Of a DNA stretch of 64,000 nt, positions 1-9,816 are shown piece by piece. This stretch comes from Chryseobacterium gleum (GTDB lineage: Bacteria > Bacteroidota > Bacteroidia > Flavobacteriales_D > Crocinitomicaceae). Within the stretch, counting starts at the first letter, position 1, and the number at the start of each line of letters is the position of its first letter. Location of the stretch: the NCBI GenBank assembly GCA_945902775.1, contig CAMDMY010000004.1, forward strand, positions 5,914-69,913, in the 5' to 3' direction. Both the position numbers and the translations under genes were made by a program. The notes under the pieces are model-generated. The model did not search any database and had not been told where the DNA came from. It saw nothing but the letters and a program-made list of their open reading frames with translations.

Positions 1-1199
1 CTAAGTTTTATTTGATAATCATCTCTCGTTTTATTTGATAAATTTATTTCAAATATATTACTTATATAACCAGTATTATTTGTTTGATATGTTGTGCCTC
101 TTTGTCTAAAAATAGTCGATTGAAAATCTTTTCGTGTTACTAAAAGAGTGATTAAAATTCCAAGTAGAAAGATCAACAGGGCAGTATACGATTTTACACG
201 TTTGGTCCATTCAAACTTAGTTCCATTTTTTATTCCATTTTCAGAAACAAAACGAATTAATCCTTTTTCTAAACCAACACTTTCCATCATGTGATCACAT
301 TCATCAATACATGCTGTACAGTTAATGCATTCCAATTGAGTACCATTACGTATATCAATTCCTGTAGGACAAACACTTACACATAAATGACAATCTATAC
401 AATCACCTTTACCTGTCGCTTTTCTATCTTCATTTTTATTGATTTTCGCTCTACCTTCCCCTCTTTTATGGTCATAAGCAACCATCATTGAGTTAGGATC
501 TAATAGGACACCTTGCAATCTTCCGTAAGGACAAATAGTTGTACAAACTTGTTCTCTTAATCGTGCAAAAACGAGATAAAAAACAGTTGTGAATATAGCG
601 ATTGAAATTAATCCACCAATGTGATTTCCAACTCTATCCGTTTGTATTTCCCATAATTGATCTTTACCAATAATATATGCTAAAAAGGTATTAGCGATAA
701 GAAATGATATTATCCAAAAAATAGTATGTTTTAATACTCTTTTTTTAATTTTAACTGCATTCCAAGGTTGTGTGGCTAGTTTTTTTTGGTAGGTATAATC
801 GCCTTCAATCCAGTATTCAATCCTTCTAAAAATCATTTCCATAAAGATAGTTTGCGGACAGACCCAGCCACAAAAAATCCGACCATAAATGATGGTAAAA
901 AGAATGACAAAAATTACACCGAGAATAGTAGCAATAGCAAAAATATAGAAATCTTGTGGCCAAAATATGTAACCGAAAATGATGAATTTTCTTTCAACTA
1001 CATTCAACAATAGAAAAGGGTCTCTATTTACTTTGATGTGAGGAATAGCAAATAATAATGCAAGTAGAGAATAACTTGTTATTTGTCTGTAATTGAAAAA
1101 TTTTCCCTTTGGCTTTTTAGGGAATACCCATTTTCTTTTGCCTGTTTCATCAATTGTTGAAATGTGATCTCGGAATGTTCCTTCTTCGTCTTCAGCCAT
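1..1199 (-). CDS. ccoG: cbb3 oxidase accessory ferredoxin CcoG/FixG; C-terminal end lies beyond the window edge
   Basis: Absent from the ORF track because it is open to the window edge. Reverse-strand ATG at 1197-1199 gives MAEDEEGTFRDHISTIDETGKRKWVFPKKPKGKFFNYRQ. Reverse translation of about 290-420 gives GDCIDCHLCVSVCPTGIDIRNGTQLECINCTACIDECDHM, a twin 4Fe-4S ferredoxin signature typical of CcoG. Lies directly downstream of ccoP. Confidence 0.85.
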   Translation of the reverse strand, partial: MAEDEEGTFRDHISTIDETGKRKWVFPKKPKGKFFNYRQITSYSLLALLFAIPHIKVNRDPFLLLNVVERKFIIFGYIFWPQDFYIFAIATILGVIFVILFTIIYGRIFCGWVCPQTIFMEMIFRRIEYWIEGDYTYQKKLATQPWNAVKIKKRVLKHTIFWIISFLIANTFLAYIIGKDQLWEIQTDRVGNHIGGLISIAIFTTVFYLVFARLREQVCTTICPYGRLQGVLLDPNSMMVAYDHKRGEGRAKINKNEDRKATGKGDCIDCHLCVSVCPTGIDIRNGTQLECINCTACIDECDHMMESVGLEKGLIRFVSENGIKNGTKFEWTKRVKSYTALLIFLLGILITLLVTRKDFQSTIFRQRGTTYQTNNTGYISNIFEINLSNKTRDDYQIKL

Positions 1200-1283
1200 T
1201 TTGTTTTGCATATAAAGACAAAAGATTCAAGATTTTAAGACAAAACGAGCTTATTATCTTGAATCTTTTCTCATGTTTTTATA

Positions 1284-1350
1284 GTCTAATGTCTAACATC
1301 TATTGTCTAAATGTCTCTTGTCTAATATCTAATATCTAATATCTAATTTC
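1284..1350. repeat. Degenerate tandem heptamer array (RTCTAAT-like, about 9-10 units) in the ccoP-ccoG spacer
   Basis: Read directly: gtctaat gtctaac atctatt gtctaaa ... tctaat atctaat atctaat atctaat. Confidence 0.8.
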
Positions 1351-1358
1351 TCATTAAA

Positions 1359-2804
1359 CTATTTCTCAATAATATCACCTTGAGGTTCTTTCCCTTTTAC
1401 TTCTTTTAATGATAAAACAAAAGAAGCTACTTGTTGAATTTGAACAGGGTTGAATTTTGAATTATGCTCTGGCATTCCATTCGGTGTTCCTGTTTTAACT
1501 GTTTTGAATACTTCTTTAATATCGTAACCATAAATCCAGTTTTTATCTGTTAAATTAGGGCCGATATTTCCTTCCCCTTTTGGATTATGACAAGTAACAC
1601 AGTTTGTTTCGAAAATAGCTTTTCCTTTATCTAAATCTCCTGCAGCTGCCATCAAAGTTGCATTTGTTTCATCAACATTCATAGACATTTTAGAAAGGTA
1701 TGCTTTTACTTCTTTTTCAGAACGTTTTATTTCTTTTTCATAAGCTTTCACTTGTAAATCACCTGTTTTGAAAACGTGGTAGTTTAATAAGTAAACCACT
1801 GCAAAAATAACTGTAGCAAAGAACATCCAAACCCACCATGGTGGTAAATTATTGTCTAATTCTCTAATACCATCATATTCATGGTGCATTAAGATTGTGT
1901 GCTCTTCTTCAATCGGAACAACATCACTTAATACTTGATTGATTTTTTTGAATGCTTTTTCAGGCGCTACTTTTTCTTCCTCTTTTTTCTTAATTAGACC
2001 TAAAAGGTTGTTAAACATTTTTCTTAGGTAGAAAATAACACCAATTAAGATGATGTTTATTACTATTAAGAAGTAAATATCGCTGTTTTCAACTTTCAAC
2101 CAAGGCATACCTTCTTCAGCTTCACCTGGTTGCATAAAAGTTAAAGCATATGATTGACTACTAGCAATCATTACTCCAATTACACCAATGATAGCAATTA
2201 AAGTAGAATTGATTCCAGAACCTTTTTCTATTTCTTCTTTCGCATTTTGCTCTGCTAATTTCTTTTTGAAATAATCAGATTTTGCAAGATTTAAAACTGA
2301 AGTTGCAACTAGTATAATCCCTAAAATTAAAATGATAATTGTAGTCAATAACCAATAAAATAAAGTTAAATTTTCTTTATAGTTAGGTACTAATTCTACT
2401 ACAGTTTCATTAGTTGTTCCATCTGCAGATGGAGTTGTTGAAGCCACAACAGTAGGAGTGTAATTATCAACATATGTTAAGATAGCAGTGGCTTCTTCTG
2501 GAGTAACAGTTTGTGCAGGCATATCCATCGCACTGAATCCTTTGATTTCATTTGCCATTTTACTTTTTCCAGAAGCAATTAATGCAGTAGAATTTTTCAC
2601 CCATTCTGGTAATAATTCTGCTTCTCCAGCATCTGTCCATTTTTGAATAACTCCTTTTAAAACTGGTCCAGTAGAAGCTTTATCTACTAAGTGACAAGAA
2701 TTACATTTTGCTTTGAAAAGCGCTTCTCCATCTTGTGCAAAAAGAGAAGTGTTTATTATAATAACGATAAACGTTGCTTTTATAATTTTGGTTAAACTTT
2801 TCAT
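1359..2804 (-). CDS. ccoP: cbb3-type cytochrome c oxidase subunit III (CcoP) with an extra N-terminal monohaem cytochrome c domain
   Basis: Signal peptide, then CNSCH haem motif, then hydrophobic segments, then the FixP N-terminal motif HEYDGIRELDNNLPPWW, then a C-terminal CVTCH haem motif. Confidence 0.85.
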   Translation of the reverse strand: MKSLTKIIKATFIVIIINTSLFAQDGEALFKAKCNSCHLVDKASTGPVLKGVIQKWTDAGEAELLPEWVKNSTALIASGKSKMANEIKGFSAMDMPAQTVTPEEATAILTYVDNYTPTVVASTTPSADGTTNETVVELVPNYKENLTLFYWLLTTIIILILGIILVATSVLNLAKSDYFKKKLAEQNAKEEIEKGSGINSTLIAIIGVIGVMIASSQSYALTFMQPGEAEEGMPWLKVENSDIYFLIVINIILIGVIFYLRKMFNNLLGLIKKKEEEKVAPEKAFKKINQVLSDVVPIEEEHTILMHHEYDGIRELDNNLPPWWVWMFFATVIFAVVYLLNYHVFKTGDLQVKAYEKEIKRSEKEVKAYLSKMSMNVDETNATLMAAAGDLDKGKAIFETNCVTCHNPKGEGNIGPNLTDKNWIYGYDIKEVFKTVKTGTPNGMPEHNSKFNPVQIQQVASFVLSLKEVKGKEPQGDIIEK

Positions 2805-2810
2805 CTTTGT

Positions 2811-3017
2811 TTATTTTGAAATTGCTATTACCTCTGGAAGTTCTTCTTCATTCGCTTCGAAAGGGATGTGACTTAATTCATCTACTTCTTTTCTTTTCAT
2901 TCTGAAAACTAAGAATAGCATGACAGCAAAGAATATGAAGAAGATAAGTAGGGAAAGGATTGGGTATATAGACACCCCATCGATTCCTGTTAAATGATGT
3001 TTTATAAAGCGTAACAT
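2811..3017 (-). CDS. ccoQ: CcoQ/FixQ-like small membrane subunit
   Basis: 68 aa with a single hydrophobic helix. Located between ccoNO and ccoP. Assigned by position and size only. Confidence 0.6.
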   Translation of the reverse strand: MLRFIKHHLTGIDGVSIYPILSLLIFFIFFAVMLFLVFRMKRKEVDELSHIPFEANEEELPEVIAISK

Positions 3018-3040
3018 AGTTTTACAATTTTGTATGAATA

Positions 3041-5236
3041 TTACTTAGTGCTAGTTGAAGTACTAATAGATACATCTCTACCTAATCTTTGTAGGTAACC
3101 AATCAATGCTACAATTTCTTTTTTCTGTAATTTTTTAATTTCCTCTTGGATATTTACAGTTTTCAAAATTTGTGCAGGCTGATTGTTGACAATATCAGTA
3201 GCAATTTCTAACGCTTGTTTTTCTAAATCTGCTTTAGCAACTTTTTCGTATCCTTTTGCATAAGGAACTCCTAATGTTCTCATCGCATTGATTTTTTTCT
3301 CAATTAAGTCAAGTGCTAGATCATCTTCTTTTAACCAAGTGTAAGCAGGCATGATAGATCCTTTTGATACATCTTTTGGACGAATCATGTGTTGGTAATG
3401 CCAGAAATTACTTTTCTTTATTTTGATATTACCACCTTCACGAGCTAAATCAGGACCAGTTCGTTTAGATCCCCATTGGAATGGATGATCGTATACGAAT
3501 TCACCAGCTTTAGAGTAATCTCCGAATCGAGCTGTTTCAAAACGCAATGGACGAATCATTTGAGAGTGACAGTTGTAACAACCTTCTCTGATGTAAATAT
3601 CACGTCCTTCTAATTCAAGTGGAGTGTAAGGTTTAACACTTGAAATTGTTGGGATATTACTTTTCACAATCATAGTAGGAACAATTTGAACTAAACCACC
3701 GATTGATACACAGATAATTGCGAATACCATCATTCTGATAGGTTTTCTCTCAATTTTTTTGTGCCAGTATTCACCTTTTTTAGCAGTGTTCTCGATAATA
3801 TCTTTCGTTACTGTAGCTTCAGCTTCTTCGTTTGCTAATAAACTTCCAGATTTAGCAGTTTTTATTAAATTATAGAACATCATTACAGCTCCAATAATAA
3901 ATAATAAACCTCCTAAAGAACGTAAGATGTAGAAAGGTTTGATAATTTGAACCGTTTCTAAGAAATCTTGGTAAGTTAATGTTCCATCTGGATTAAATTC
4001 TTGCCACATTTGACCTTGAGTAAATCCTGCATAATACATTGGAATTGCATATAATAAGATACCTAAAGTTGCAATCCAGAAATGTTGATTCGCTAATTTT
4101 TTAGAATACAATTCTGTTCTATATAATCTTGGGAATAACCAGTAAAGCATACCGAAAGTAAACATACCATTCCATCCTAAACCTCCTACGTGAACGTGAG
4201 CAATTGTCCAGTCTGTGAAGTGAGAAATTACGTTTACATTTTTCAATGATAATAATGGACCTTCAAAAGTTGCCATACCGTAGCATGTTAAAGCAACCAC
4301 CATGAATTTCAACATAACATCATCACGAACTCTATCCCAAGCACCTCTTAATGTTAATAATCCATTCAACATACCTCCCCAAGATGGAGCGATTAACATT
4401 ACAGAGAATGCAACACCTAAACTTTGTGCCCAATCTGGTAAAGATGAGTATAATAAGTGGTGAGGTCCTGCCCATATATAGATGAAAATTAATGCCCAGA
4501 AGTGAATGATAGATAGTCTATAAGAATAAACTGGACGATTCGCCGCTTTCGGAACGAAGTAGTACATCAAACCTAAATAGGGTGTAGTTAAGAAGAATGC
4601 AACAGCATTATGTCCATACCACCATTGTACCAATGCATCTTGAACACCTGCATACCAAGAATAACTTTTAAAGAAAGAAACTGGTAATTCAAATGAATTG
4701 AAAATATGTAGAATAGCAACAGTTACAAAAGTTGCAATGAAGAACCAAATAGCAACATATAAATGTTTTACTCTTCTAGTTAAGATCGTAGCAAACATAT
4801 TGAAACCAAAAACTACCCATAAAGCTGCGATTAGGATATCAATCCACCATTCTAATTCTGCATATTCTTTACCAGACGTTATACCAAAAGGAAGCGTTGC
4901 AACAGCACAAACGATTATAAATTGCCAACCCCAAAAGTTGATATTACTCAATTTGTCACTCCACATTCGGGTCTTTAAAAGACGTTGTAGCGAGTAATAA
5001 ACTCCCATAAAAATCCCGTTTCCTACAAACGCGAAAATCACTGCATTTGTATGCAATGGTCTTAATCTTCCGAAGGATAAAAAGCTAAATCCTAAGTAAT
5101 CATTAAAAAATTCTGGGAACGCAAGCTGCAATGCTACGATTAACCCCACAACCATACCTGTAATCCCCCAAATAACGGTGGCATAGGCAAAATTCCTTAC
5201 GATCTTATTGTCGTAACTAAACTTCTGAACTTCCAT
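3041..5236 (-). CDS. ccoNO: Fused cbb3-type cytochrome c oxidase subunits I and II (CcoN-CcoO)
   Basis: 731 aa. Polytopic His-rich haem-copper oxidase core (HNAVAFF, HHLLYS, AHVHVGG), followed by a TM helix and the CcoO haem motif CYNCH. This fusion is typical of Bacteroidota. Confidence 0.92.
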   Translation of the reverse strand: MEVQKFSYDNKIVRNFAYATVIWGITGMVVGLIVALQLAFPEFFNDYLGFSFLSFGRLRPLHTNAVIFAFVGNGIFMGVYYSLQRLLKTRMWSDKLSNINFWGWQFIIVCAVATLPFGITSGKEYAELEWWIDILIAALWVVFGFNMFATILTRRVKHLYVAIWFFIATFVTVAILHIFNSFELPVSFFKSYSWYAGVQDALVQWWYGHNAVAFFLTTPYLGLMYYFVPKAANRPVYSYRLSIIHFWALIFIYIWAGPHHLLYSSLPDWAQSLGVAFSVMLIAPSWGGMLNGLLTLRGAWDRVRDDVMLKFMVVALTCYGMATFEGPLLSLKNVNVISHFTDWTIAHVHVGGLGWNGMFTFGMLYWLFPRLYRTELYSKKLANQHFWIATLGILLYAIPMYYAGFTQGQMWQEFNPDGTLTYQDFLETVQIIKPFYILRSLGGLLFIIGAVMMFYNLIKTAKSGSLLANEEAEATVTKDIIENTAKKGEYWHKKIERKPIRMMVFAIICVSIGGLVQIVPTMIVKSNIPTISSVKPYTPLELEGRDIYIREGCYNCHSQMIRPLRFETARFGDYSKAGEFVYDHPFQWGSKRTGPDLAREGGNIKIKKSNFWHYQHMIRPKDVSKGSIMPAYTWLKEDDLALDLIEKKINAMRTLGVPYAKGYEKVAKADLEKQALEIATDIVNNQPAQILKTVNIQEEIKKLQKKEIVALIGYLQRLGRDVSISTSTSTK

Positions 5237-5399
5237 TTTTGTCTGTGTTATTGTTAATTAGTTCATCATCAAAAAGAATTCTAACAGAAGGTGTGTAATC
5301 GTCCTCATATTGACCAGACTTAATAGCCCATAAAAAAGAGACTAAAAAGAAGAGTGCTATAATCAGACTCACTACTAACATTATGTATATAATTCCCAT
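5217..5399 (-). CDS. ccoS: cbb3 oxidase maturation protein CcoS
   Basis: 60 aa, one TM helix, then SGQYEDDYTPSVRILFDD (CcoS/FixS-like). Overlaps the ccoNO start by 20 nt. Confidence 0.75.
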   Translation of the reverse strand: MGIIYIMLVVSLIIALFFLVSFLWAIKSGQYEDDYTPSVRILFDDELINNNTDKNGSSEV

Positions 5400-5453
5400 G
5401 GAACAAAGGAATACATATAATAAAATGATATGAATGATTGGAGTTATAGGTAG

Positions 5454-5471
5454 AACTGATATTCATCAGTT
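5454..5471. promoter_or_regulatory. Candidate FNR/CRP-family operator upstream of ccoS
   Basis: AACTGAT-ATTC-ATCAGTT has perfect 7-bp inverted arms with a 4-bp spacer and matches 8 of 10 positions of TTGAT-N4-ATCAA. Its centre is about 63 bp upstream of the ccoS ATG. Confidence 0.4.
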
Positions 5472-5569
5472 TTTATGAATAATTGTTATATAATAATAAC
5501 TTTAATTAGTGATTTTTTTAGTGTCCAATCTGTTTAATGAACTTTGTTTTTCTTTCATAGAATTCCCTT

Positions 5570-5600
5570 AAAAAAGAAGTCTACTTGCTAAAAACTTCTT
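5570..5600 (-). terminator. Candidate rho-independent terminator downstream of the hybrid kinase gene
   Basis: On the minus strand: aagaagt, 13-nt loop, acttctt, followed by a T-run. Confidence 0.45.
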
Positions 5601-5751
5601 AGTCGTATCTCAATTTTTATAGGCGCTCTGATAAGAAAATAGTAATCGAAATCAGTTTAAAAGCATTACTTTTTAAGAGTAACACTTTTAAATAATTCAA
5701 TTTCTATATTTTTAATGAAATTTAGTTTGGTGAGAATAAATAGATTATTGT

Positions 5752-8700
5752 TTAATCTAGTAAATGAATTAGAATTATATCTTTCAATTCTTCTTTAATT
5801 ATTGGTTTGCTAATGTAGTTTGACATTCCTGATTCCAAGCATTTTTCTCTTTCTCCTTTTAAAGTTCCAGCTGTAAGTGCTACAATCGGTATTTGTTTTG
5901 AGTTTGTGAATTTTCTAATTTCAATTGTAGCATCATACCCATTTAAAATAGGCATTTGAATGTCCATAAATACAATTTTAGGATTAATTTCTATAAATTT
6001 ATCAATCGCTTCCTTTCCGTTATAAGCTTCAACTATTTCTGCATTTGGCAATAAATTGATTAGCATTGTTTTAGTGAGAAGTATATTGATTTCATTATCA
6101 TCCACAATTAAAATTGTCATTTTATCTTTAGACAAAATGTCATTAAATTTTTTCTTTTGTATTGGAGTTTCTTTTAAAATGGAAGAAATCTGGTCTAATT
6201 TTTCTAATAAAATTTTCGGTTTAATTGGTTTTAATAATCTATAATTTAGACCGATTTCTTCAAATTTGTTGAATGTTGAATCATCATGGATTGAATCAGT
6301 CATATAAACAATTGGGCATGTGTATAATAGATAAACAGGATTAGATAGAATTGCTTTTATCAGTTCTAATCTTTCCGCTGAATTATTTTGAGAGTCAATA
6401 AAAAGTAAATCAAATTGAATAGTATTTATTTTTTCAATGATGTTGTCATCATCGACTTCTATTATTGCCTCAATATTAAATCGATTTAAAAGTTGACCAA
6501 TAATTTCGCTGCTTTTTTTTGAATCATCTATGATTAAAACTCTTTTTATAGTTGAAAAATCAAAATCGTTTTTTAAATCTGTTGATTCAGAATAAGGGAG
6601 TGTCAAATCATAATAAAAAGTACTGCCTTTTCCTTTCTCACTTATAAGTTGTAATTTACTCTTATTCATCAAGTTGAGTAACTTGTTTGAAATACTTAAA
6701 CCCAAACCTGTCCCTCCATATTTACGTGTTGTTGAAGAATCTGCTTGAGAAAATGCATCAAATATTTTTGTTTGTATTTCTTCATCAATACCAACTCCAG
6801 TATCGATAACTGAAAATCGAATTGATAATTCTTTTTCAAATTTTGAAAGTAATTCAAGTTTTAAAATAACACTACCTTTGGTTGTGAATTTGATAGCATT
6901 ACCTAATAAATTTACACAAATTTGTTTTAAACGAGTTGAATCATAATAAATATCATAAGGTATCGTAAAGTCTTGATCTAATATTAGTTCTAGATTTTTG
7001 GATTGAGCTTGAAATGTAACAATATCAATTGCGTCCGAGACGGTGTCGCAGATTTGATTTTTTTCTATATCTAATTCAAGTTTTCCTGCCTCAATTTTAG
7101 AAAAATCTAATATATCATTAATAATACTCAAGAGTGAATTAGCAGATTGTATTATCGTATTTGAATAAGTAGATTGAGTCTGATTTAAATCAGTAGTTTT
7201 TAACAGTTCAGAAAAACCGATAACACCATTTAATGGCGTTCTTATTTCATGACTCATATTTGCTAAAAATTCAGATTTAGCGATACTCGCAAGTTCTGCT
7301 TTTTCCATTGATTTTTTTAATTCAATTTCAAAGTTTTTTCTTTCGGTTAAATCTTGATGAGTTCCAATTATTCTAATTGCGAATCCGTCATTGTTTCTTT
7401 CAACTACTTTAGCCCTATCTAAAATCCATTTATACTCCCCAGATTTAGTTTTCATTCGAAATTCTTCCTTGAAAAAATCTATTTTTCCAGTTATTAAATT
7501 TTGAAAATTTGAATTTACCTTATAAAGATCGTCTGGATGAATAATGGTATCCATAAATTGTGGATTAATCACTATTTCATTCGGTTCATAGCCTATATTT
7601 TCATAAAATTTATCTGAATGATAGCCTTTGTTGGTTAGTGGGTTAAAATCCCAAATGGCATCTCCCGAATTTTCGACTGCAAATTTCCATCTAGCTTCTT
7701 CTGTTGCAAATTTTAAATCTTTCAATTTAGATTCTGTAATATCTTGAACAGTTCCTCTAATTATAACTGACTCACCTTTTTCATTTTTTTCTACCTCACC
7801 TACGCCTACTACATATTTTATTGTAGTATCGTTTATAATTACTCGGTGATGATATTCGAATCCAATACCTTGATCAATAGCTCTTTGTACTACAAAATCT
7901 AAATGTTCTAAATCTTCAGGATGAATTTTGGAACGATATGCAGCATATAATAATTCCTTGGGAGTGTTATCTAAATCAAATATTTTATAATGTTCTAATG
8001 ACCATTCTAGTTCGAATGTTTTTAAATTAAATTCCCAACTTCCTATTTTAGCGATAGACTGTGATTTCTCTAAAAGTTGTTCATTGTGTTTTATTTTATC
8101 TTGCTGTAATTTTGATTCTGTAATATCTTTAAAAGTACAGACCACTCCATTTAATTCGTTGGTTTCATTTGAAAAGATTGGTACAGCATTAATGGTTATC
8201 CAAGTTAATTCATTATTTGGTTTGTGAACTCCCATAATTACATCACTCATTGGTTCTTTAGTCGCTAATGTAACCATCGAAGGATGAGTGTGACCAGGGA
8301 ATTCAGATCCATCTTCGTGAATTGCTCTCCATGATGTGTCAACTGATTTTTTTCCAATCATTTGATCATATGTAAGTCCTAAAATCGTTTCAGCACTTTT
8401 ATTGCATCTTAATATTGCTCCTTCTGTATTTTGAAAAACGATGCCTTCTTGAAGTCCAGAAAGCATAGCTTCAATTTCATTTTTCGAATCTTCAATATCT
8501 TTTTTACTTTTTCTGAGAAGCATAAGAGATACGACTTCTGATGCTAATGTTTCAAGCGCATCTTTTTGATCCTTCGTTAATTTTTTAGGTACTCGGTCTA
8601 TGACACAAAGTGTTCCTAAATTAAATCCATTTGGGTCTAATAATGGAGCTCCGGCATAAAAACGAATATCAGGCTCATTTGTAACCAACGGATTTTCTTT

Positions 8701-8988
8701 AAAAAGAGGGTTTTCTAATGCGTTTTCAACTTCAAATATTTCAGAACCTAAAATAGCGTGCTGACAAAAAGATATATTCCTTGGTGTTTCATCTACATCT
8801 AGCCCAAATTTAGCTTTAAACCATTGCCTGTTTTCATCTAGAAGACTAATTAATGCAATTGGTACATTACATATTGAAGCGGCTAATTTTGTTATTGCAT
8901 TGAATTCTTGTTCCGATAAACTATCCATAATATGATAGTTTTTTAAAGCATCTAATCGTTCTTTTTCGTTATTTGGTAGTATTATCAT
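5752..8988 (-). CDS. Hybrid sensor histidine kinase (GAF, multiple PAS, HisKA, HATPase, two receiver domains)
   Basis: 1078 aa. Canonical H-box FLANMSHEIRTPLNGV. N and G boxes LLGNAIKFT, DTGVGI, GGTGLGLSI. Two C-terminal REC domains (IIDDS..FIDS..LKP and IVDDN..FMDIQMP..SKP). Confidence 0.9.
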   Translation of the reverse strand: MIILPNNEKERLDALKNYHIMDSLSEQEFNAITKLAASICNVPIALISLLDENRQWFKAKFGLDVDETPRNISFCQHAILGSEIFEVENALENPLFKENPLVTNEPDIRFYAGAPLLDPNGFNLGTLCVIDRVPKKLTKDQKDALETLASEVVSLMLLRKSKKDIEDSKNEIEAMLSGLQEGIVFQNTEGAILRCNKSAETILGLTYDQMIGKKSVDTSWRAIHEDGSEFPGHTHPSMVTLATKEPMSDVIMGVHKPNNELTWITINAVPIFSNETNELNGVVCTFKDITESKLQQDKIKHNEQLLEKSQSIAKIGSWEFNLKTFELEWSLEHYKIFDLDNTPKELLYAAYRSKIHPEDLEHLDFVVQRAIDQGIGFEYHHRVIINDTTIKYVVGVGEVEKNEKGESVIIRGTVQDITESKLKDLKFATEEARWKFAVENSGDAIWDFNPLTNKGYHSDKFYENIGYEPNEIVINPQFMDTIIHPDDLYKVNSNFQNLITGKIDFFKEEFRMKTKSGEYKWILDRAKVVERNNDGFAIRIIGTHQDLTERKNFEIELKKSMEKAELASIAKSEFLANMSHEIRTPLNGVIGFSELLKTTDLNQTQSTYSNTIIQSANSLLSIINDILDFSKIEAGKLELDIEKNQICDTVSDAIDIVTFQAQSKNLELILDQDFTIPYDIYYDSTRLKQICVNLLGNAIKFTTKGSVILKLELLSKFEKELSIRFSVIDTGVGIDEEIQTKIFDAFSQADSSTTRKYGGTGLGLSISNKLLNLMNKSKLQLISEKGKGSTFYYDLTLPYSESTDLKNDFDFSTIKRVLIIDDSKKSSEIIGQLLNRFNIEAIIEVDDDNIIEKINTIQFDLLFIDSQNNSAERLELIKAILSNPVYLLYTCPIVYMTDSIHDDSTFNKFEEIGLNYRLLKPIKPKILLEKLDQISSILKETPIQKKKFNDILSKDKMTILIVDDNEINILLTKTMLINLLPNAEIVEAYNGKEAIDKFIEINPKIVFMDIQMPILNGYDATIEIRKFTNSKQIPIVALTAGTLKGEREKCLESGMSNYISKPIIKEELKDIILIHLLD

Positions 8989-9007
8989 AGTAATTGATTG
9001 TATTCGC

Positions 9008-9391
9008 CTAACAGATTGTTTTTTTTATTAAATCTAATAAATGTTTCGCATCATATGGCTTTGATATATAATCATTCATGCCAACAGCTTTGCATTTATC
9101 TTTTACATCTTTCGAAACATCTGCTGAAACAGCTATAATAGGGATTGTCGATTTATTATCGGTTAATTTTTTCCGAATATATTCTGTTGCATCATAACCG
9201 TTCATTTCAGGCATCATTAAATCCATCAAAATAATATCAAAATCTGAATTAATTAAAATATCAATTGCTATTTTTCCATTATCAGCAACAACTACTTCAA
9301 AACTTTCTAGATTTAATATTGTACTTATTAATAATTGATTGATAGCATTATCCTCAACTACTAATACTTTAATTTGTTTGTTAGTTCCCAT
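9008..9391 (-). CDS. Single-domain response regulator (receiver only)
   Basis: 127 aa: VVEDN, LMDLMMPEMNG, AVSA, ISKP. Confidence 0.9.
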   Translation of the reverse strand: MGTNKQIKVLVVEDNAINQLLISTILNLESFEVVVADNGKIAIDILINSDFDIILMDLMMPEMNGYDATEYIRKKLTDNKSTIPIIAVSADVSKDVKDKCKAVGMNDYISKPYDAKHLLDLIKKTIC

Positions 9392-9816
9392 TAGTTCTAA
9401 GGGTTAAATCAATATTAAATGAGTTTTCTTAATATTGTAATTTACCAGAGTTTTTAAAAGTAGGCAAATTATTTTTTTATTTTCTTCAATTTTTAATAAA
9501 ATAGGAAGTAAATTCTAATATTTCTTTAAAAACGAGTTTTTTTAATTCATTGCTAACATGAGTTAATAATTGAACCTTCATTTTTTAAACTTCTATAATC
9601 TTTTGATTTTTAATTTAAAACCTATTTATATGAGTAATATTAAATATGAGTTACAAAAATTTAAAAATTTTTTTACATTATATGAACGAAAAAGTAGTTA
9701 CTTTTATTTAATGTAATTTATGTTTTTTGTGAAAATAAAATTACATTAAAGCGAAAAATACATAATGGAAACAACTCTTTTTATTTTTTTATTTGACACT
9801 AGTGTAATTTTCTAAT

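Noticed and set aside
786-1339. Plus-strand track ORFs 786-1013 and 1154-1339
   Set aside because: They lie antisense to, or within the leader of, the ccoG reading frame, which has clear ferredoxin motifs. They have low-complexity composition and one begins with a TTG start. These are shadow ORFs.
9710-9747. Inverted repeat aatgtaattt-N18-aaattacatt in the RR/porin intergenic region
   Set aside because: The arms consist almost only of A and T, in a 425-bp AT-rich spacer, so chance occurrence is likely. It has no T-run and no recognisable operator consensus.
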